Assembly (NCBI GenBank): GCA_046092585.1
Contig: JBJTDZ010000120.1
Span: 6,606 to 70,605, forward strand
Length of the DNA stretch: 64,000 nucleotides
DNA from: Pirellulales bacterium
GTDB lineage: Bacteria; Planctomycetota; Planctomycetia; Pirellulales; UBA1268
Reading direction: 5' to 3'
Below the pieces are notes generated by a model, which did no database searches, was not told the DNA's origin, and worked only from the letters and a program-made list of their open reading frames with translations. This document shows, in pieces, positions 54,834 through 61,846 of the stretch (position 1 is its first letter; each line of letters begins with the position of its first letter). The translations under genes and the position numbers were made by a program.

Positions 54834-55778
54834 ATGAAGTACGACCGGCTCGGATTCCCGATCCCGCCCGAATTCACGGCCCCCGACCCACGGGCCGACC
54901 TTCCGGCGTGTGGCCCCGCCTCGCCTCCACCGCTTCCCCGGACTGTCGGCCGCGGCAAGCGACTGCTCGTGCTCGGCCTGCTGGCCGCCGTCGTGATCCC
55001 GGGGGCCATTGCCCCCGGCCTGATGCCGGCGGTGTCGGAGGTGGTCGTGCACTGGTCGCTGGAGCGGGCGGTGAGCCGCGAGGCCCGGGGCGAACTTCCC
55101 GCGGCCATCGGCCATGTCGGCCGGGCGATCGCCTGGACGCGCGGCGATCCTGAACGGCGCGGCCGGCTCCTCTGCTGGCGGGCCATGCTCCGGCTGGAAG
55201 ACGGCGATCCGCGTGGAGCCGCGGCCGACGCGGATCGGGCCGTCGAGATCGCCCCCACCATGACGCAGCCGCGGCGGGTGCGGGCGCTCGCTCACGTGAT
55301 CCTCGAGGAACGCGACCTCGCGCTGGCCGACGCGCAGGCCGCGGTCGACCTCGCCGGCCCCGGAGATCCCGAGGCCCTCAACCACCGGGCCTACATTCGC
55401 GCCCTCGTCGGCCGGGAACTCGAACCGGCGCTCGCCGACATCGACGCCGCGATCGCCGATGGCGGCGAGGCGACGCCGGAGTTTTTCGACACGAAGGCGT
55501 TCATCCTCCACCTGCTCGGCCGGCATCACGAGGCGGTCGACCTCCTCAACGTGGCGATTGACGGCGCCCAGAAGGCGAGGCGTGACCTCGCGGCGCTCGA
55601 CGGTCACGCCGATCCCGACGAACTCGCCACACGTCTGCGGGCGGCGGACCACGGCCTCGCCGTGATGCACCACCATCGAGCCCGCGCCTGCCGGGCACTC
55701 GGCCTCGAGAGGCAGGCCCGGCAGGATTACGAGACGGCCGACCGCAAGGGCTACGCGCCCGAGAAGGGGATTTTTTAA
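54834..55778 (+). CDS. membrane-anchored TPR-like protein (hypothetical)
   Basis: ATG at 54834 is in frame within listed ORF 54618..55778. One TM helix (LLVLGLLAAVVIPGAIAPGLM), then TPR-like repeats (AIGHVGRAIAWTRGDPE, ALNHRAYIRALVGRELEPALADIDAAI, HHHRARACRALGLERQARQDYETA). Confidence 0.55.
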   Translation: MKYDRLGFPIPPEFTAPDPRADLPACGPASPPPLPRTVGRGKRLLVLGLLAAVVIPGAIAPGLMPAVSEVVVHWSLERAVSREARGELPAAIGHVGRAIAWTRGDPERRGRLLCWRAMLRLEDGDPRGAAADADRAVEIAPTMTQPRRVRALAHVILEERDLALADAQAAVDLAGPGDPEALNHRAYIRALVGRELEPALADIDAAIADGGEATPEFFDTKAFILHLLGRHHEAVDLLNVAIDGAQKARRDLAALDGHADPDELATRLRAADHGLAVMHHHRARACRALGLERQARQDYETADRKGYAPEKGIF

Positions 55779-55782
55779 GGGT

Positions 55783-55888
55783 AGGCACGGGGGTCGGCGA
55801 ACGCTCGAGGAGCCTTGGGCGTATCCTCGCCCCGGCGACGATCCGAAGGAGTCGGTCCTCCGACCGACTTTTGCCGCCCCCAAGCCGG
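55783..55888. repeat. R2 intergenic repeat, copy 3 with 24-nt insertion
   Basis: Same sequence as R2 apart from a few substitutions. TCCGAAGGAGTCGGTCCTCCGACC is inserted after GGCGACGA, creating a perfect 8-bp hairpin AGTCGGTC-ctcc-GACCGACT. The copy ends 150 nt upstream of tRNA-Asp. Confidence 0.8.
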
Positions 55889-56038
55889 CGACATACCTCT
55901 CTCGAACGCGTTCTGGCGGCGGTTCCCGGTCCTTCTGGCCGCGCCGCGAAGGTTCGCTATACTCTTCGCTTCGACGACGTGGACACCCGGATCGCCGGAG
56001 TCGATCGTCCGCCGCAGGCGGGCGTGAGGCACCGACAC

Positions 56039-56112
56039 GGGGGTGTAGCTCAGTTGGTTAGAGCGCCAGCCTGTCACGTTGGAGGCCGCGGGTTCGAGTC
56101 CCGTCACCCTCG
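56039..56112 (+). tRNA. tRNA-Asp (anticodon GUC)
   Basis: Hand-folded cloverleaf. Acceptor GGGGGTG/CACCCTC (one G-U pair). D arm GCTC-AGTTGGTTA-GAGC. Anticodon arm CCAGC-CTGTCAC-GTTGG. T arm GCGGG-TTCGAGT-CCCGT. Discriminator G. CCA is not encoded. Confidence 0.95.
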
Positions 56113-56138
56113 CTCGTCCACCCGTCGACCCTCCTCTC

Positions 56139-56927
56139 ATGCCCCTCGGTACGGCCATCGTCACCGGCGCCGCCAATGGCCTGGGGCGGGCCATGGCCAA
56201 GACCCTGCTTGGCGACGGCTGGAGCGTGGCCTGCGTCGATCTGCCGGGCCCGCTCGAGGCCGCCGGCTTCCGTGACGGGACCGATCGGCTCGACGTCGCC
56301 ATGGATGTCCGCGATGCGGCCGCCTGGCAGGATCTCCACGACCGGCTGCGCGACCGCTGGCCGCACCTCGATCTCCTCGTCAACGCCGCGGGCGTCGGGG
56401 CCACCGGCGAGGTGGGCACGCTGCCGGAGTCGCAGTGGCGGCGGGTGATCGACACCAATCTCGTGGGCACGGCCCTCGGCTGCGAGACCTTCCTGCCGTG
56501 GCTGCGTGCGGGCGGCCGCCGCGCCCACGTCGTCAACGTCGCGTCGATCGCCGCGGTGCTGGCGCCGCCGTCGATGGCCGCCTACTCGGCCAGCAAGGCG
56601 GGCGTGGTGGCCCTCTCCGAGGCGATCGCCGCGGAGTCGCCCCGGCGGCGGCCCGGCGTGACGATCGTCTGCCCGGGCTTCTTCCGCTCCGGACTGCTCG
56701 ACACGTGGCACTTCACGTCGCCCATCGAGCGGCGCGAGGCCGAGCGCCGCATGGCGATCACGTGGTGGAGCAGCGAGCGGGTCGCGGCCCGCGTGCTGCG
56801 GGCGGTGCACCGCAATCGCCGCTACGTGGTGGTGGGCCTGCAGGCCCGCTGGTTGTGGCGGCTCAAGCGGCTGGCGCCGCGGGCGACCACGGCGCTGGTC
56901 CGCGCGGTCTACCGCCGCCTCCGCTGA
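56139..56927 (+). CDS. short-chain dehydrogenase/reductase (SDR)
   Basis: ATG at 56139 is in frame within listed ORF 56079..56927, whose upstream part overlaps the tRNA. TGAANGLG cofactor motif, NAAG, and the catalytic YSASK. Confidence 0.85.
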   Translation: MPLGTAIVTGAANGLGRAMAKTLLGDGWSVACVDLPGPLEAAGFRDGTDRLDVAMDVRDAAAWQDLHDRLRDRWPHLDLLVNAAGVGATGEVGTLPESQWRRVIDTNLVGTALGCETFLPWLRAGGRRAHVVNVASIAAVLAPPSMAAYSASKAGVVALSEAIAAESPRRRPGVTIVCPGFFRSGLLDTWHFTSPIERREAERRMAITWWSSERVAARVLRAVHRNRRYVVVGLQARWLWRLKRLAPRATTALVRAVYRRLR

Positions 56928-56934
56928 CGGCCCG

Positions 56935-58038
56935 TCAGTCGAGCTCCTCGAGCCAGGCCCGGATCTCGTTCTCGTACTCGCTCGCCAGGCCGCCCACGAT
57001 CAGCTGCCGGTGGAAGCTCGCGGCCCCGCCCTTCTTGAGGTCGGCATCCTCGGCGCTCGGAAACCGCTTCGCCGGGTCGGGGGCGATCAGCCCGCGGCAG
57101 AAATCCATCAGCAGCTCGTTGCAGGTCACCTCCGTGGGGAGGATCTGCGGCAGCCGGTGCACGAGCGACCGCTTCGCCTCGAGGAGGTCGCTGAACGACT
57201 GCAGCCCGGCGAACGGCGGCTGACCCGAGAGCATCTCCACGAGCACGTAGCCGAGGCTGGCGAGGTCGGATCGCGGCGTGTTCTCCTTCCCCTCGAGCAC
57301 CTCGGGGGCGGCGTAGGCCGGCGTGCAGGTCTTCGTGGGGGGCGGTTCGTCGACGGGATGCGCCGAACCGATGTCGATGATCTTCGCGTTGCCCGTCCGC
57401 TTCACCATGATGTTGGCCGTCTTGATGTCGGCGTGCACGATCCCCTCACGGTGCAGCGCGGCGAGCGCGGCGAGGCACTCCCGTACGATCGAGATCGCCA
57501 CGCCCGGCTTGAGCCGCGACTGCCTGGGGCCCGCGGTCACGATCACGTTGTTGAGGTAGCGCCAGCGATCCTCGCCCACGCTCGCCTGCGTCCGCTCGAG
57601 GAGTTCGGGAGCGAGCAGCCGCGACAGGTCGTAGCCGTCGATCCACTCCATCTCCATGATGCGGATCATCCGCTGCTCGACGAAGTTGTGGACGTCGAGG
57701 AGGTTGTCCTGCTGGATCTGGGCGACGCGGGCGGCCACGCCGGCGATGCGGTTCATCGCCTCGGCGTAGAGCGACTCGGTGCCATACCGTTCGGGCGAGA
57801 AGATCTTGAGCGCCACCGGCAGGGTGAAGTTGTCGGTGCCGCGGCGGGTGGTCAGGTAGACGACACCCTGGCCGCCGGCACCGAGCCGCCGGGAGAGCGT
57901 GTGGTATTCGGTCCAGTTGAGCCTGCCGGCACCGAGGATCTCCGAGTATTTCGCCAGGAGCTCGTCGGGGCAGCGGCTCCCCACCTCGCCGGCCGCGGTG
58001 ATCGTGGGCCGTTCCTCCTGCAGGATGGTGGTGCTCAT
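56935..58038 (-). CDS. serine/threonine protein kinase (soluble, non-RD type)
   Basis: Gly-loop GAGGQGVVY, VALKIF lysine, catalytic loop IVHADIKTANIMV (Ala in place of the RD arginine), DIGSA for DFG, and AAPEVL. No TM segment or sensor domain. The start overlaps the upstream stop (ATGA). Confidence 0.88.
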   Translation of the reverse strand: MSTTILQEERPTITAAGEVGSRCPDELLAKYSEILGAGRLNWTEYHTLSRRLGAGGQGVVYLTTRRGTDNFTLPVALKIFSPERYGTESLYAEAMNRIAGVAARVAQIQQDNLLDVHNFVEQRMIRIMEMEWIDGYDLSRLLAPELLERTQASVGEDRWRYLNNVIVTAGPRQSRLKPGVAISIVRECLAALAALHREGIVHADIKTANIMVKRTGNAKIIDIGSAHPVDEPPPTKTCTPAYAAPEVLEGKENTPRSDLASLGYVLVEMLSGQPPFAGLQSFSDLLEAKRSLVHRLPQILPTEVTCNELLMDFCRGLIAPDPAKRFPSAEDADLKKGGAASFHRQLIVGGLASEYENEIRAWLEELD

Positions 58039-59012
58039 GGTGCATCGCCCTCGGCCTGAGGCTCCGGGAAACCCAGCCGCTTGTCGACCAGGTTTCGCAG
58101 GGGCCTTCCCTCACGGTACCTTCGGAGATTGTCGCAGAAAAACGCGGTCATCGCATCGATCCGGTGTTTCGACTGGCCGCCCACGTGCGGCGTGATCAGG
58201 AGCCGCGGAGCCTGCCAGAGCCGGCTCTCGGGCCGCGGCGGCTCGTCGGGGGTGACGTCGAGCGCGGCCGAATCGAGATGGCCGCTCTCCAAGGCGTCGA
58301 CGAGGGCGTTTTCATCGACCAGCGGCCCTCGCGCCACGTTGACGAGGATCGCCCCCTTCCTCATCCGGGCGATCGCGGCGGCGTCGATCAGGTTGCGGGT
58401 GTGCTTGGTGAGCGGCGCGCAGAGGAAGAGGATGTCGATCTGCGGCAGCAGGTCGGCGAGCGTGTCGGGGGCTCCGAGAAACTCGACCGCCGCCGGCTTT
58501 CGCACCGGGAACCAGTCGGTCGCGAGGATCCGCACGCGGAAGGGCTCGAGCACCTCCACGAGCCGCCGGCCGTTGCCGCCGAGCCCCACGATCCCCACCG
58601 TGGCCCCGGTGAGGTCGACCGTGGGCCGGCGGACGAACTCGCGGCGGGCCTGCTGTTCGAGAAAGAGCGGGAAGCGGCGGGTGCAGGCGATGGCCATGCC
58701 GACCGTCTGTTCCGCGACCTGGTCGGCGAGCACCCCGGACGCGCTCGTCACGATGATGTCGGACCCGACCACCGAGGGCACGAGACAGTGGTCGAGGCCC
58801 GCCGCCGACGACTGGATCCACCGCAGGCGGCCGCGGGCGACGACCTCGTTCCACGGCACAGGCACCTTGGGGTGGCCGCAGAAGAGGTCGGCGTGGGGTA
58901 GTTCGGCGGCCACTCGCTCCTGCCCGGCATCGACGATCTCGGCCTCGGGGGCCACGGCGTGGATCTCGGCCACGTGCCGCGGCTCGACGGGATAACAGAG
59001 GACGATTCGCAT
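58035..59012 (-). CDS. D-isomer-specific 2-hydroxyacid dehydrogenase family protein
   Basis: ATG at 59012 is in frame within listed ORF 58035..60122; product 325 aa. NAD motif VGIVGLGGNGRRL, then LVNVARGPLVDE, and TPHVGG. Confidence 0.85.
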   Translation of the reverse strand: MRIVLCYPVEPRHVAEIHAVAPEAEIVDAGQERVAAELPHADLFCGHPKVPVPWNEVVARGRLRWIQSSAAGLDHCLVPSVVGSDIIVTSASGVLADQVAEQTVGMAIACTRRFPLFLEQQARREFVRRPTVDLTGATVGIVGLGGNGRRLVEVLEPFRVRILATDWFPVRKPAAVEFLGAPDTLADLLPQIDILFLCAPLTKHTRNLIDAAAIARMRKGAILVNVARGPLVDENALVDALESGHLDSAALDVTPDEPPRPESRLWQAPRLLITPHVGGQSKHRIDAMTAFFCDNLRRYREGRPLRNLVDKRLGFPEPQAEGDAP

Positions 59013-59165
59013 GCGTCGGTTTTCGCAGGGGGGCGGCCGATCGTGCAAGCGGCGGCACGCGGCGGATTCCGCCCGTGCCGAATCCGCCGCTTGCTGCCGA
59101 CGCCAATCCGGGTTCATATTGACCACCGCCGACCTCCTGCGACGTCGATCGCCTTTGGGGTTTCC

Positions 59166-60104
59166 ATGCGTCCAGCCGTTCTGACCGTCGCCGCCCTCGC
59201 GTTCCTGCGGATCGTCGTGGGCCTGCACTTCTTTCTGGAAGGCGTCTCCCACCTTCGCGACCCGGCCTGGTCGAGCGCCGGATTCCGCAAGGCGGCGGTC
59301 GGTCCGCTCGCCGACTGGTATCGGTCGGAACTGCCCGAAACAGGCCGCTGGTCGGCCACGCTCGGGGCAGCCGACGGTCGCTCGGCCGCCGATGCCTCCA
59401 AGGCCTGGCAGGACAGCGTGACGGCCGAGTGGCGGGCGCTGCTCGACACCCGAGCGAAACTGGTGCCCCTGTCGGCCGAGGCACGGCAGGCGGCCGAGGC
59501 CGCGTTCGAGGCCGCCGTGAGGAGTCTCGCCGCGTTCGCCGACGGCATCGCGGACGACCTCGTCGACTATCGGTTGCAACTCCCCCGGCTCGCGGCGATG
59601 GAGCACAAGCCCGGCGCCGCCGACATCCCCTTCGAGCGGCAGCGGGTCGCCGCGAAGCGGAAGGAACTCGCCGGCCTGGCCACCGGCTGGATGAACGAGG
59701 CCGACGCGATCGGCAAGGACCTCGTCGCCACCTGGGATGCAAGCCTCCCCGACGCCACGGCTCGCCGCCGGGCGGCGGCGGCGGCCGGCCCCTCCCCGCT
59801 CTGGAAGGCCGACCGGTTCGTGAGTTGGTCGCTCGTCACGATCGGGGCCTGCCTCGTGCTCGGCCTGCTCACGAGGTTCAACGCGATGGGGGGCGTGTTC
59901 TTTCTCGCCAGCGTGATCGCGTCGCAGCCCTTCTGGGTCGCCGGAGCGCAGTCCACCTACGACCAGTGGGTCGAACTCGCCGCCCTGCTCGTGATCGCCA
60001 CCGTGCCGCTCGGTGGCTGGAGCGGTCTCGACTACTTCCTCGAGCGGTGGTGCCCGTTTTCTCGCTGCTGCGGAACGTGTCGATCGGGCCAGCCTCGCTC
60101 CTGA
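59166..60104 (+). CDS. DoxX-family membrane protein with about 170-aa insertion between TM1 and TM2
   Basis: ATG at 59166 is in frame within listed ORF 58959..60104. DoxX-like N-terminus (AFLRIVVGLHFFLEGVSHL) and C-terminal helices (CLVLGLLTRFNAMGGVFFLASVI). A soluble Ala/Arg/Glu-rich insert sits between them. Cys-rich tail CPFSRCCGTC. Confidence 0.6.
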   Translation: MRPAVLTVAALAFLRIVVGLHFFLEGVSHLRDPAWSSAGFRKAAVGPLADWYRSELPETGRWSATLGAADGRSAADASKAWQDSVTAEWRALLDTRAKLVPLSAEARQAAEAAFEAAVRSLAAFADGIADDLVDYRLQLPRLAAMEHKPGAADIPFERQRVAAKRKELAGLATGWMNEADAIGKDLVATWDASLPDATARRRAAAAAGPSPLWKADRFVSWSLVTIGACLVLGLLTRFNAMGGVFFLASVIASQPFWVAGAQSTYDQWVELAALLVIATVPLGGWSGLDYFLERWCPFSRCCGTCRSGQPRS

Positions 60105-60151
60105 CGTCGGCCGCCAAACCATCTCCGTCGATTTTCCCCGAGGTGCCTTCG

Positions 60152-61846
60152 ATGAACCTGACCGAACAGCAGAAGTGGATCGGAAAGGAAAACTTCAACG
60201 ACGCGGTGGCGATCACCCGCCGTGACTTCCTCGGCGGGGCCGTGGCGGCGGGGATCGCCAGCGGCGCGGGCCTCGGCTCCATCTACTTCGGCTATGGCAA
60301 GAGCGTCGGCGACCCGCTCCGCGTGGGCGTGCTGGGCACCGGCGACGAGGGGAGCGTGCTGATCGGGGCCCACAATCCCGCCTACCTCAACATCGTCGCG
60401 ATCGCCGACATCCGGCCCTACAACCAGTTTCGCGCCTTCCACGGCGACGTGTCGAGCGCGAGCGCCAACCAGGCCCGCCCCGGCCTGATGGCGAAGTACC
60501 AGTGGTCGACGGAAGACGCAGCCCGCGCCAAGGTGAAGGTCTACGCCGCCTACGAGGAGTTGCTGGCCGACAAGGACGTGGAGGCCGTGATCATCGCCCT
60601 CCCGCTCCACCTCCACGCCGAGGCCTCGATCAAGGCGATGCGGGCCGGCAAGCACGTGCTCACCGAGAAGCTCATGGGGCACAGCATCCACGAGTGCAAG
60701 GAGATGGGCCGCGTTTCGCGGGAGACCGGCAAGATCCTCGCCACGGGCCACCAGCGGCACTACAGCATCCTCTACGACAACGCCGTGTACACGATCGGCA
60801 CCGCCCGGCTGATCGGCGATCTGCATTCCATCCGGGCCCAGTGGCACCGCGGCAACCTGCCCGGGAAGGACTCGTGGAAGCCGCCGCTGCCCGACGACGC
60901 CTCGCTCGCCAAGCAGGTGGCCGGCTGGAAAAAAGAACTCGATGCGGCCGCCCCCTCCGCGATCGATGGCCTGAGAAAGAAGATTGCGCAGTGGGAGGCG
61001 CAGATTGCCGACCAGGCGATCGACGCCGCGAACTACGGCTACTTGCAGGGCACGGCTCCCGACGGCACGCCGCGCACGCCCATGGAGGAACTGATTCGCT
61101 GGCGGCTCTGGAACCGCACTGGCGGCGGCCTGATGGCCGAGCTCGGCAGCCACCAGCTCGACGCCGCCGGCATCTTCGTGTCGGCGATGCACGGCGCGGG
61201 CAAGAAGGTGAGGCCGCTGACGGTCACCGCCGTGGGCAACCGCAGCCTCTTCCCCGCCGATCGTGAGATCGACGACCACGTCTACTGCATGTACGAGTAC
61301 CCCGCCCCGGGCTACTTCGGCGACGACGGCACGATCGCCGACCCCAACAAGAAGATCGTGGTCACCTACTCGTCGATCAACGGCAACGGCTTCGGTGGCT
61401 ACGGCGAGGTGGTGCTGGGCACGAAGGGCACGCTCGTGCTGGAGCAGGAGCGCGACGTGATGCTCTACAAGGACTCCTCGAAGGACACCCGCGTGACGGT
61501 CGCGAAGGCCAAGGACGGCTCCCCGACGCTCGATACCACCGAGACCGGCGGCGGCCCGGTGGCGGCCGGCAAGGCGGGGGCCGAGGCGGCTCCCTCGCGC
61601 GGCTACACCGAGGAGATGGAGCACTGGGCGTGGTGCATCCGCAACCCGTCGCCCGAGAACCAGCCGCGGTGCAAGCCCGAAGTGGCGATCGCCGACGCCG
61701 TGATCGCCCTGGTGAGCAACGTCGCACTGGCCAACCCCACGACGCAGTCGCGAATCGACTTCAAGCCCGAGTGGTTCGACATCGCCAGCGACGAGACGCC
61801 CGAGGGCGTGAAGCCCGACGTCATGCGGTCGAACTACGGCGCCTGA
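60152..61846 (+). CDS. Tat-exported Gfo/Idh/MocA-family oxidoreductase
   Basis: ATG at 60152 is in frame within listed ORF 59429..61846. Twin-arginine leader AITRRDFLGGAVAAGIASGAG. Rossmann LRVGVLGTGDEG, plus EAVIIALPLHLHAEASIKAMRAGKHVLTEKL typical of the family. A long insertion follows GHQRHY. Confidence 0.85.
   Translation: MNLTEQQKWIGKENFNDAVAITRRDFLGGAVAAGIASGAGLGSIYFGYGKSVGDPLRVGVLGTGDEGSVLIGAHNPAYLNIVAIADIRPYNQFRAFHGDVSSASANQARPGLMAKYQWSTEDAARAKVKVYAAYEELLADKDVEAVIIALPLHLHAEASIKAMRAGKHVLTEKLMGHSIHECKEMGRVSRETGKILATGHQRHYSILYDNAVYTIGTARLIGDLHSIRAQWHRGNLPGKDSWKPPLPDDASLAKQVAGWKKELDAAAPSAIDGLRKKIAQWEAQIADQAIDAANYGYLQGTAPDGTPRTPMEELIRWRLWNRTGGGLMAELGSHQLDAAGIFVSAMHGAGKKVRPLTVTAVGNRSLFPADREIDDHVYCMYEYPAPGYFGDDGTIADPNKKIVVTYSSINGNGFGGYGEVVLGTKGTLVLEQERDVMLYKDSSKDTRVTVAKAKDGSPTLDTTETGGGPVAAGKAGAEAAPSRGYTEEMEHWAWCIRNPSPENQPRCKPEVAIADAVIALVSNVALANPTTQSRIDFKPEWFDIASDETPEGVKPDVMRSNYGA

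Noticed and set aside
55783-56112. tRNA-Asp with an upstream repeat considered as a genomic-island attachment site
   Set aside because: No integrase is nearby. I noticed no direct repeat of the tRNA 3' end downstream, though this was not searched exhaustively. The flanking genes (an SDR and a TPR protein) look like ordinary chromosomal genes.
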